Part shown: one piece after another, positions 18,400 through 27,493 of the stretch | Layout of the letters: every line of letters begins with the position of its first letter | Numbering within the stretch: the stretch's first letter is position 1 | Program-made: the position numbers and the translations under genes | Assembly (NCBI GenBank): GCA_963842885.1 | Contig: CAWJIE010000005.1 | Coordinates: forward strand, 288,001-352,000 | Direction of reading: 5' to 3' | Length of the DNA: 64,000 nt | Source of the DNA: an uncultured Nitrososphaerota archaeon | GTDB taxonomy: Archaea > Thermoproteota > Nitrososphaeria > Conexivisphaerales > DTJL01 | The notes under the pieces: model-generated | Database searches by the model: none | Told to the model about the DNA's origin: nothing | What the model saw: the letters and a program-made list of their open reading frames with translations, nothing else

Positions 18400-20403
18400 C
18401 TAGAATTCTGAAGACTTCTTGCTCAGCTGAGAGTAGGCCTTGCGTCCCTGGGGCGTTATCGTCACCATCGTCTTGAAGCCTCCCTTCTCGCTCTTCTGCT
18501 GCACGGTCGCGTGGCCGATCTTCGTGAGTATCCCGAGGATCTTCTCGAACTCGTTGGCGTCAAGGCCGGTGCTCTGCAGGAGTAGTGGTCTGGTCGACGG
18601 GGTCGTTGGCATCGGAGAGGCTCTTCAGGATCTTGAAGCTGCCGGACTCCAGGAACCTCAGAGGCGGGGCGACGGGCATGGCGGCGGCCGCTGGGGCGTT
18701 CATCTCCCCCATCTTCGGCATCCCGCTTCGACGGCGGCGGTCCCTCCTCCCTCCACCGTCGGGGACCTCCTTGATCGGCTCCACTTCGATGTTGAGCCTG
18801 CGGAAGAGGCCCTTCGCGTCCACGTAGTATTCCGTGACGTACTTGAAGACCTCCTTCACGTTTCGGACGTTGTTCCCCTGCATCCATCTCAGCAGGGCGC
18901 GCCTCTTCTGTATCTCTTCGAGCATGTCGCCGAAGCTCCTCCCGGTCCTGTAGGCGAACCTGTGAAGCATGACCGACCTCTTGGTGTAGTTGTAGTAGAG
19001 GTCCTCGGTGGGCGACCACTCGAAGACGGGGACGTACTTGTTGAAGTCCTCCACCTCCCAGACGGTGGTGATGCGCCTGCCGAAGGGGACGCCAGCCACG
19101 GTCTTGGGGAGCATGACCCTCTCGAGCATGACGGCCACGTTCATCAGGGGTATGTAGCTCTCCGCGACGTTCATGGGCGGGCTGGTGAGCCTCTTCACGG
19201 CCGAATCGAACGATTCACCGTGTATCGTGCAGAGGCCTCCGTGGCCCGTGGCCACGGCCTGGAAGAGGACGAAGGCCTCCTCGCCCCTGACCTCTCCTAC
19301 GACGAGGAAGTCAGGCCTGTACCTGAGGGAGGTCTTGATGAGGTCGAAGAGGGAGACCTCGCCTATCTTGGAGCCGGACATGCCGTAGCTCTCCCTGCTG
19401 GTGAACTGCACCCAGTTCTCGGTGGGGATGTTGATCTCTGCGGTCTCCTCCACCGTGACGACCTTGTAGCCTGGCTTGATGAGGCCCGCTATGGCGTTGA
19501 GGAGGGTGGTCTTCCCCGCGGCCGTGCCCCCGATGATGAGCATCGAGGCCCTGTTCTCCATCATGAGCCAGAAGTAGGCGCTGATTTCGTCGTTGACGGT
19601 GCCCAGGTTCATGAGGTCTATGACCGAATACGGCTCCTCCCTGAACTTCCTGATGGTGAAGGTCGAGCCCTTGGGCGACACCTCCTCCCTGAAGCTGGCC
19701 GCCAGCCTGTGCTTCCCGAAGATCATGGCGTCGACGATGGGGAAGGCCGATGAGACGTGCTTCCCGGACTTGTGGGCCAGCTTGACTATGAAGTCGTCGA
19801 GCATCTCCTTGTCGACGAACTTGACGTTGGTGGGGATGGACTCGTACCTCCTGTGCCAGACGTACAGGGGGGCCATGACGCCGTCGCAGGAGATGTCCTC
19901 TATCCTCCAGTCGGCCATGATGGCGTGTATGGGGCCGTAGCCGAGGAGGTCCCTTTCGAGGTAGTAGAATATCTTGTCCCTCGTCTCGGGGTTCCTGAGC
20001 CTTGCGAACCTGCGGCTGTACTTGTCAAGGATCCTCTTGGCCTCCTTGAGGACGGCCTTCCTGATGTCCTCCTCCTTCCCGATGGCCATCGGGTTGATTT
20101 CAACCGACACGAAAGAGATGACCTTGTCGAGAAGCTTCTGCTCGCCGGGGGTCAGCTGGACCTCCTGGACGAAATACTGCAGGGAGCCTCCCTGCTCCGG
20201 CATCTTGGCGATGGCGATGCCCGCGAACGGCTCCCTCACCCAGTACTTCTCGATCACCTGGGCGGACTCGGGGAGCGGGTCAAGAATGTATCCCCACGGG
20301 GCCGAAGTTTGAGTTTCTCCAACGGCGTCAGGTTGGCCTTTGCTTCAGCCTCAGCCGCCGCTACCTTTTTCTTGTTCGCGAACAGGCCCTTCAGACTTTG
20401 CAT
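18400..20403 (-). CDS. Type IV pilus/type II secretion ATPase (VirB11/ArlI family) with C-terminal wHTH; frameshifts near 20257 and 18590
   Basis: Walker A GGTAAGKTT, Asp box VTVEET, Walker B LRYRPDFLVVGEVRG, His box GHGGLCTIH. Confidence 0.9.
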
Positions 20404-20836
20404 CGATACCGAGATGATTATAATCGTGGGTCGATAGATAAGCATTCCTCTCTCCGGTCAAGCGATTAGCTTCATTTTCGGCCTTGATTGGCTCCATGGC
20501 CCAGCTGGGCGTTTGATGCCTTGGAGGACCTTCGCCTGGACCTGGCCGTGCGGAGGTCTACCTAGTATCACACAAGAAAATGGAATATTTGCGGCCCTCC
20601 AGGCAAGTGAATCGAAGCGGAGGGACGGTGGATGACGAAGGCCGTGGGGGCTGTGGGCGATGGAACCAAAGCGGGAGAAGAATCACAAATCTCAGCGGCC
20701 CGGGGGTCCTTCCGCTGGCTTGGTAAGGACTATAATATGACGTTCTTGCACTCGGATGGCCCTTGGGCCGGTAGAAGCCCCATATGTTAAACTGACATTT
20801 AATATAGTCGACCGTATGACCCAATCTTGACTACAT

Positions 20837-21280
20837 ATGAAATCACGCAGAGCGATCAGTCCTGTCATCGCCACAGTCATACTCATCGCCGTAGCCGTGG
20901 CGCTGGGTATAGCAGTGGCCGTATGGGCAGGAGCACTCACGAGCAACCTCCAGAAGAGCGAGAAGCTGGTGATCTACGCCTACACCTATGGCAATGGCGC
21001 CACCGAACAACTGAACATATCCGTAACCAACAACAGCCCTGGCACGTCCACCATCACGGGCGTTCTCTTCAACAACGTTCCTATCTCAGGCACGTTCGGG
21101 GTGAACAGCACTGTGTCAACTTCGTCCCTCCCTCAGACCTTGGGCTCTGGTGCGCCAGTTACCACGTTCACTTTCGCACAGGCCAACCTGGGGACAGTGG
21201 TGTCGTCTGGGATAACGTATCCAATAACCATAGAGACAGCAGCCGGCAACAGCTATCCGAGCACAGTCGTTTGGCAATAG
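20837..21280 (+). CDS. Archaeal type IV major pilin, copy 1
   Basis: Class III signal MKSRRA|ISPVIATVILIAVAVAL; several N-glycosylation sequons. Confidence 0.9.
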   Translation: MKSRRAISPVIATVILIAVAVALGIAVAVWAGALTSNLQKSEKLVIYAYTYGNGATEQLNISVTNNSPGTSTITGVLFNNVPISGTFGVNSTVSTSSLPQTLGSGAPVTTFTFAQANLGTVVSSGITYPITIETAAGNSYPSTVVWQ

Positions 21281-21291
21281 GTTGATTGTAC

Positions 21292-21735
21292 ATGACTAAA
21301 CGTAGAGCAATCAGTCCTGTCATCGCCACAGTCATACTCATCGCCGTAGCCGTGGCGCTGGGTATAGCAGTGGCCGTATGGGCAGGAGCACTCACGAGCA
21401 ACCTCCAGAAGAGCGAGAAACTAGTGATCTACGCCTACACCTATGGCAATGGCGCCACCGAACAACTGAACATATCCGTAACCAACAACAGCCCTGGCAC
21501 GTCCACCATCACGGGCGTTCTCTTCAACAACGTTCCTATCTCAGGCACGTTCGGGGTGAACAGCACTAGCTGAACTTCGAAACTCCCTCAGACCTTGGGC
21601 TCTGGTGCGCCAGTTACCACGTTCACTTTCGCACAGGCCAACCTGGGGACAGTGGTGTCGTCTGGGATAACGTATCCAATAACCATAGAGACAGCAGCCG
21701 GCAACAGCTATCCGAGCACCGTCGTCTGGCAATAA
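21292..21735 (+). pseudogene. Major pilin copy 2, same length as copy 1, with in-frame TGA at 21571-21573
   Basis: 444 nt, nearly identical DNA to copy 1; reading frame is preserved through the stop. Confidence 0.8.
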
Positions 21736-21743
21736 GTCACACC

Positions 21744-21768
21744 TATTTTCTTTTATTTGTTTTTCTTG
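21744..21768 (+). terminator. T-rich archaeal terminator after the pilin pair
   Basis: TATTTTCTTTTATTTGTTTTTCTTG. Confidence 0.6.
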
Positions 21769-21925
21769 TCACCTGACAGCCTAGCGAACGCTCTGCTCGA
21801 AGAGCCTGCTAGCTACTGCGCTTGCTTCGTCGGAGCTGGATTGGCGAAGACTAGTGGTCGCCCCAACGTGAGAGGCCCCGCGTGCTGGTCTGGCATTTAA
21901 ATCTTGGCGGGTCAGACCTAAGCGC

Positions 21926-22330
21926 ATGGAACAGCGGGTCAGTCGTAGAGCAATCAGTCCTGTCATCGCGACGGTCATACTCATCGCCGTAGCAGTGGCG
22001 CTGGGCATCGCCGTTGCCGTATGGGCTGGAGCATTGACCCAAGGTGTTCAGCGAACTGACAAGCTCATAGTGATCAACACGTTTGTAGTAAATGGGTCGC
22101 TCGACATACAGGTGCAGAACCGGAGTCCCTATGCGGTTTCCATAGCCATCATCAGCTTCAACAGTGCAGTCGTGCCTCTAGGTGACGTCTCTGGGAACTA
22201 CTCCAATATTGGCTCGGGGTCATCCTCAGTGCTGGTACTCAATGTCACCGGACAGTCTGGGATTACCTACCCCATCACGATCATGCTGACCTCCGGAACC
22301 AGCTATCCTGCTGTGGTCGCTTGGCCTTAG
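21926..22330 (+). CDS. Type IV pilin 3
   Basis: Same N-terminal helix (SRRA|ISPVIATV...WAGALT), divergent globular domain, shared SGITYPITI. Confidence 0.9.
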   Translation: MEQRVSRRAISPVIATVILIAVAVALGIAVAVWAGALTQGVQRTDKLIVINTFVVNGSLDIQVQNRSPYAVSIAIISFNSAVVPLGDVSGNYSNIGSGSSSVLVLNVTGQSGITYPITIMLTSGTSYPAVVAWP

Positions 22331-22562
22331 GCCGGATACAGATCCGTAGCAAGATTCCACTTTTCTTGAGGAGACACGTCGCTCGTCTCCCAGCATCATC
22401 GACTCCTTTGCGGCGGTGGCCAAATCCCATGACAGTCTCATCGCTGCTTGCCTTTTAGGTCGTGGGCTGCGAAGCCGCCGGACCCGCCAGCGGCTGATGG
22501 CCAATCTGCTCCGTGCCTCCAAAGGTTAAATACTTCTCCGGGCCCAATTTGTTTCCAAGGAC

Positions 22563-24299
22563 TTGCCAGTCGACACATTCGCCTACGTAAACTTCCACCG
22601 CCTGGGCCGACGAATACTGGCCTCTAGTAGGTCCATGCCCACTCAGCTGCAGGCGGCCAACATTAGATTGCACCCGGAAGTGTATGCTTCGATAGTGGGG
22701 ATGTTCACCGTTCTATCCGTGGTGGTTGCGGTTCCCTTGGCAATCTTGGGCGCTCTGTTCGTCAGTCCCTTTGCCCTTCTTGCTCTGATCATCCCCCTCG
22801 TTGTTTTCGGATTCCTGATGGTATATCCATCGTTCGTGGGCCAGAACCGAGCCTACAACCTCGAGAGCGAAGTCCCGTACGCGGCGGCCTACGTGAGCGT
22901 GATGTCGACGGGAGGGATCTCTCCTTACAAAGCGATACAGCGGCTGCGGAACGTCAAGCTTCTGCCCAGCCTGTCCAGCGCTGCGTCCATCATGGCCGTG
23001 GACGTGGAGGCCATCGGGATGGATCCCGTCTCCGCCATGGAGAGCATGGCGAAGGCCCTTCCCTCTCCTGACTTCAAGGACCTAATCCTTGGTTATGCTT
23101 CGACCCTGACCGTGGGCGGAGATGTCGTTCATTACCTCCAAAGGAAGGCCTACAACATTTTTGAGAACAGGGCCAGGAACGTGAAAGGCATTGGAGAAAG
23201 GGTCACCCTTGTCATGGAGACCTACACGATTACGGTGATTCTCCTGGCTTTGGGCATTTACATCCTCTTCATCGTTTCGAAGATCCTCCCCGCCGCAGGT
23301 TCGATGTTCGGGACCGGAAGCTTCGTGATGTTCGGGTATTTCCTGCTCCCAGGTCTTACGGTGTTGTTTCTGTTCTTGCTGGACATGTTCGAACCGAGAT
23401 ATCCCCTGGCCGACTGGCGGCCCTATGAGGTGCTGGCGGTGACGCTTCCCTTCACGCTGATCGCGACATATTATACGGTCTTTCCCTATTACATACAGAT
23501 AAACAGCCCACTCAAGTCATACGTCTCTGGTCTCGCGAGCGCCTTGCGACTGAACGTCGGCTACTCCCCAGCCTTGTCATTGGCCCTCGTGATGGCTTTC
23601 ACTTTTCTCCCGGCCGCTATCGTGGCGCAGAAGGCCAGCAGCGAACAAAGTCAGGTGAGTTCTCAGCTGGTCAGCTTTCTTAGGGACCTGGTGGAAATCA
23701 GGAAGACCGGCATGGCCCCTGAGAGATGCATCCAGATGTTGGCCAAGAGGGACTATGGTAAGTTCTCAAAGAGAGTGCAACGGATTTCAAACAAGCTGGG
23801 ATGGGGGATCTCTTTCACCCAGATTCTCGATCAGGAACTGGGAGGAATAAAGAACTGGTTTGTGGCCATCAACATATTCCTCCTCATTGACAGCATTGAC
23901 GTCGGAGGGGGGACACCTGAGACCCTGGAGTCCTTGGCCGCCTTTGGTGAGCAGATCGAGTTGCTCGAAAAGGAGAAGGCCTCCACGCTGAAGCCCCTGC
24001 TTCTCATCCCCTATATCGGCGGTCTGACGACGCTGCTCACGGCTACGGTCATGATGGCCTATATGCAGAATCTTTCCCAGATGTCGCACTTCGCCTTCTC
24101 CTTCTCAGATTTCGCTCTGCTCTTCCTTCCGCCGGTCGTAATGAACACGGTGCTCGCGGGGCTTGTAGCTGGAAAGGCCAGCGGGGAGAAGATTTGCGCG
24201 GGCTTCATACATGCCTTTGTGCTCGGGCTTGCGGTCGTGGTCTGTCTTGCGTTGATGCCGTATCTCACGGGGGCTCTCTCCTTGTCGAGTGGTTCTTGA
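22563..24299 (+). CDS. Pilus membrane platform protein (TadC/ArlJ, T2SSF)
   Basis: Two T2SSF-like repeats ('MSTGGISPY','FLRDLVEIRKTGMAPE'), multiple TM helices. Confidence 0.9.
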   Translation: MPVDTFAYVNFHRLGRRILASSRSMPTQLQAANIRLHPEVYASIVGMFTVLSVVVAVPLAILGALFVSPFALLALIIPLVVFGFLMVYPSFVGQNRAYNLESEVPYAAAYVSVMSTGGISPYKAIQRLRNVKLLPSLSSAASIMAVDVEAIGMDPVSAMESMAKALPSPDFKDLILGYASTLTVGGDVVHYLQRKAYNIFENRARNVKGIGERVTLVMETYTITVILLALGIYILFIVSKILPAAGSMFGTGSFVMFGYFLLPGLTVLFLFLLDMFEPRYPLADWRPYEVLAVTLPFTLIATYYTVFPYYIQINSPLKSYVSGLASALRLNVGYSPALSLALVMAFTFLPAAIVAQKASSEQSQVSSQLVSFLRDLVEIRKTGMAPERCIQMLAKRDYGKFSKRVQRISNKLGWGISFTQILDQELGGIKNWFVAINIFLLIDSIDVGGGTPETLESLAAFGEQIELLEKEKASTLKPLLLIPYIGGLTTLLTATVMMAYMQNLSQMSHFAFSFSDFALLFLPPVVMNTVLAGLVAGKASGEKICAGFIHAFVLGLAVVVCLALMPYLTGALSLSSGS

Positions 24300-24300
24300 G

Positions 24301-25182
24301 ATGACACCCCGCAGAAGAGCGATATCACCCATCATATCTACCATGATTATCACGGCCACTACTTTGGTCCTGGTCATAGGCATACTAGCCTATTCGAACA
24401 ACCTGTTCAACACCCAGACGGAGAACGGAGAGTTCGCACAGGCTCAGACGGCGATGACGAATCTCGCCGACTACGTCGAAAGCGTCGCCACCAGGCAAGG
24501 CTCGTCCGCCTATGTCACTTTCAGCACGCGTTCGGGTGGGCCCGCTTGGAATCCTTCGATAGATAGCATCAGCGTGACGGTCAACATCAAGGGGCAGGCG
24601 AACAACATCACAAACGGGGTGCAGGGCAACTACACTGTGTTCAGCGGAATCGTCAACCAGCTCCTGTTCAAGGCAGGAAGCGCGGTGGGCACAACGTCAC
24701 TGAATACGGTACAGGGCAAGAACGCCCCGTTTGTCCTTAACAACAATGCCTCTATGGGATGGGTCTACACGAACCAGTCGAACGGAGCCGTGGTGGGCTT
24801 GAACTTTGACAGAGTGGGCATCGTCGACCTGGGGTATCTGAACGTGACCTCCGGTAGCAGCGCTAGCCCGGCCTTTAACTACATCCACCTCATCCAGGTC
24901 ACCTTCATCAACTTCACCTTTGGGAACGTGACAGGGGGCGCCAGAAACGTAGTTGTCACGAATACGGGCTTGAGCGTGATCTCAGAACCCCTCTATTTTA
25001 GCGGCAACCCCACCAATCCCTATTACCTCTACGTGAACGTGAGTCAGAGTTCAGGGTCTACCCAGGTCGCCAACATGACGATTTCACCTGGGGCCGTCAC
25101 GGACAACATTTCCGGCTACGTCCCCGTGAACGTCGTAATCGAAGTGGTCTCGGTGACGATCAGGATAGACTTCGTGGGGTAG
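24301..25182 (+). CDS. Minor pilin
   Basis: MTPRRRA|ISPIISTMII class III signal. Confidence 0.85.
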   Translation: MTPRRRAISPIISTMIITATTLVLVIGILAYSNNLFNTQTENGEFAQAQTAMTNLADYVESVATRQGSSAYVTFSTRSGGPAWNPSIDSISVTVNIKGQANNITNGVQGNYTVFSGIVNQLLFKAGSAVGTTSLNTVQGKNAPFVLNNNASMGWVYTNQSNGAVVGLNFDRVGIVDLGYLNVTSGSSASPAFNYIHLIQVTFINFTFGNVTGGARNVVVTNTGLSVISEPLYFSGNPTNPYYLYVNVSQSSGSTQVANMTISPGAVTDNISGYVPVNVVIEVVSVTIRIDFVG

Positions 25183-25186
25183 GAAA

Positions 25187-25735
25187 ATGCCACACGTGGT
25201 CATCGCCAACGTCATCGGCACCGTCATGCTCATAGGAATCCTGGGCATAGTGACAGTGATATCCGTGACGGTGGCCGCCCAGATGTCGGCTGAGACGGTG
25301 CAGTCGGGGCTCCAGGAAGTTGCGCAGTACGTTTCGAGCCAGGTCATGACCATGGCGACCCTGGTCTCCTCTTCGCCTCAGGCGAACCTGACTGCGTTCA
25401 AGTTCCTCAACCTGCCGAGCTCGCTAGGGTACTACGGGTATTCCATAACCCTTACGAACGCGACCAGCGGTCCCAACGACGCCGTGGGTTGGAAGATCGT
25501 CGCCTACCTGGATTCGATGCCAAGCGTAACGGCTGAATCGGTGTTGAACTTTCAGTCTGGCATCGTCGTCATCTCCAGTGGCTCCGTTTCAACAGTAATA
25601 ACCATGACTTCGACGATACATAGCGGCCAGGCCGGCGCACTGAATTCGGTGACGGCGGCGGTCATCGTTGCGCAGAGCGTGAACGGTCAAGCTCAGATCG
25701 GTTTGGGGGTAAGCTCCGTTGGACGTAACGTTTGA
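25187..25735 (+). CDS. Pilin-like protein
   Basis: N-terminal hydrophobic helix, operonic; 'LNLPSSLGYYGYSITL' motif. Confidence 0.75.
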   Translation: MPHVVIANVIGTVMLIGILGIVTVISVTVAAQMSAETVQSGLQEVAQYVSSQVMTMATLVSSSPQANLTAFKFLNLPSSLGYYGYSITLTNATSGPNDAVGWKIVAYLDSMPSVTAESVLNFQSGIVVISSGSVSTVITMTSTIHSGQAGALNSVTAAVIVAQSVNGQAQIGLGVSSVGRNV

Positions 25736-26939
25736 ATACATATTGGCCGTCATCGCGATCTTCCTCATGCTCTCCACTTCGATATACGTGGTTACGAACA
25801 TGACTTCGAATCAACTGGGGCAGGTCGGCGAACAGCAGCTCACGCCCCTGGTGGAGCAACTCATGGACAAGCTGATACTCACCGCCGGTTCGCCGGCTGG
25901 CTGGGGATACAACTTGAGCATCGGCAACGCTACACTTCAAGATTTCGGCTTGGCGTCCTCGGTGGTGTCGGCCGCCTACAACGTCGATCCTGCGAAGGTT
26001 GAGCGGCTCTTCAACTCTTCATCCACGATCGTCAACCCGGAGTACATCGCCCCGCTGGTTGTGGGCAATCTGACAGGCCTGTACACGGGGAACCACTGGG
26101 CCTATGGTTTCATGCTACAGATTGTGCCCTCCCTTAACATATCCGTCGGGGTCCCAAACAGCAACTGGGCGGTCACCGTGCATGTCCAGACGTCCGACAG
26201 TGTGCCTGCCATCGGTGCGTCCGTGACCGGGGAGTACTTCGGATTCTTCGTCAACACCACCGCCTTGCCAGCAGGTTCCTTCACATATAATGCGACTTCT
26301 GCGAGCTCGATTGCTGACTATGCCGGTAATGCGACCTTGAATTTCGGCGCCCCTCCGGCCCCCCCAAGTGGCAGCAGCAGCTCTTCAGCCGTCTACGTCT
26401 TGGTCGTCCAGGCGAACTACCTCGGCTTGGTCTCAAGTACTTCCAGTCAGGTTTCTACTTGGTCTCAATCTCCGCCCAGCTGCGGCGCCTTGGTCGTCAG
26501 CCAGTACCTGCTCGCAAACTCAAGTGTTAGCAATGGCTGTTCTTGGAATGGATACCCCTACCCCTCGGGCTATCCGAGCTCGAGCGTGTCGGTCATCGAG
26601 ATAACCGACAACCTCAATCTTCTGGTGAATCCAAGCACCGATCTGACGGGAGTCTACAACGCGATTCCTAATCTAGGAACGTCTCCCCTGCATGTCTTCG
26701 CACTTGGCAATGCCGTGTCATCGGGCGTCATTCTCGCCGGTGTCCTGGTCAACGCAGGGGCGAATGGCTTCTTCTTCGTGTCTGCCCCTGTGCCTCCTCC
26801 GATCGCTTACTCTTCTCTTTCGTCTGGTTTGAACCTATCAAACGTACGCTTGCTTAGCGCGCCGACGGTGGAAAGATACGTTCTTATAGGCAGGGAGACT
26901 TATTCAGCGTACCTCACCGTTTGGAGGATCAGCACTTGA
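25719..26939 (+). CDS. Pilin-like/surface protein
   Basis: N-terminal TM, 'LILTAGSPAGWG...DFGLA' motif, overlaps neighbours. Confidence 0.75.
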   Translation: MDVTFEYILAVIAIFLMLSTSIYVVTNMTSNQLGQVGEQQLTPLVEQLMDKLILTAGSPAGWGYNLSIGNATLQDFGLASSVVSAAYNVDPAKVERLFNSSSTIVNPEYIAPLVVGNLTGLYTGNHWAYGFMLQIVPSLNISVGVPNSNWAVTVHVQTSDSVPAIGASVTGEYFGFFVNTTALPAGSFTYNATSASSIADYAGNATLNFGAPPAPPSGSSSSSAVYVLVVQANYLGLVSSTSSQVSTWSQSPPSCGALVVSQYLLANSSVSNGCSWNGYPYPSGYPSSSVSVIEITDNLNLLVNPSTDLTGVYNAIPNLGTSPLHVFALGNAVSSGVILAGVLVNAGANGFFFVSAPVPPPIAYSSLSSGLNLSNVRLLSAPTVERYVLIGRETYSAYLTVWRIST

Positions 26940-27484
26940 AACGCAATAGAAGAGGGATTGCCAGGCTAGTGGAAGTGATCATGGCAAGTGCTCTGTTGGT
27001 AGCCTCTTTGAGCGTAAGTTATTTCTATCTCGTGGCAGCGAACCCGATCACTCTGAGAGGCCAAAGCGACCTAGATAGAATGGGCTATGACCTCCTGGGC
27101 ACGTTGTCCAGCCAGGGCGGGTTCGATACTTCCATAGTGAACTCCGCCGGAGCGCCCGTGGCGTACTTTGAAAACGGGCTGACGGTCACGCTGGGCAGCG
27201 TCTTGCCTGTGGGGATCTTGTTCAACCTCACTGTGTACGAGGCTGTGAACTCTACCGGAGCTCCTCTGACGGTGGCGACCGGGCTGAGTACCGCTCAGCT
27301 TTTGGTGCTCAACAGCGTTTCCGACCCTGCAGGTGGGCTGATAACGAACGCGCAGTCGTCCGCGTTTCTCCACACTGGAGTGACGGCTCAGATCACCTAT
27401 CTCTACACGACGAAGATCTTTCCGAACGGCAACTTCTTCATTCTGGTGTTCATGCTGCAGCTGGCTGAGGCGGAGGCGGCATAG
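26936..27484 (+). CDS. Minor pilin
   Basis: TTG start; KRNRRG|IARLVEVIMA class III signal. Confidence 0.8.
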   Translation: MKRNRRGIARLVEVIMASALLVASLSVSYFYLVAANPITLRGQSDLDRMGYDLLGTLSSQGGFDTSIVNSAGAPVAYFENGLTVTLGSVLPVGILFNLTVYEAVNSTGAPLTVATGLSTAQLLVLNSVSDPAGGLITNAQSSAFLHTGVTAQITYLYTTKIFPNGNFFILVFMLQLAEAEAA

Positions 27485-27493
27485 GGGCTGGGC

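Noticed and set aside
21571-21573. TGA as selenocysteine
   Set aside because: The aligned residue is Ser in a surface loop, and no SECIS or Sec machinery is evident.
20837-21735. Pilin pair as a diversity-generating retroelement TR/VR
   Set aside because: Differences are not restricted to adenines (G and C positions also change) and there is no reverse transcriptase in the window.
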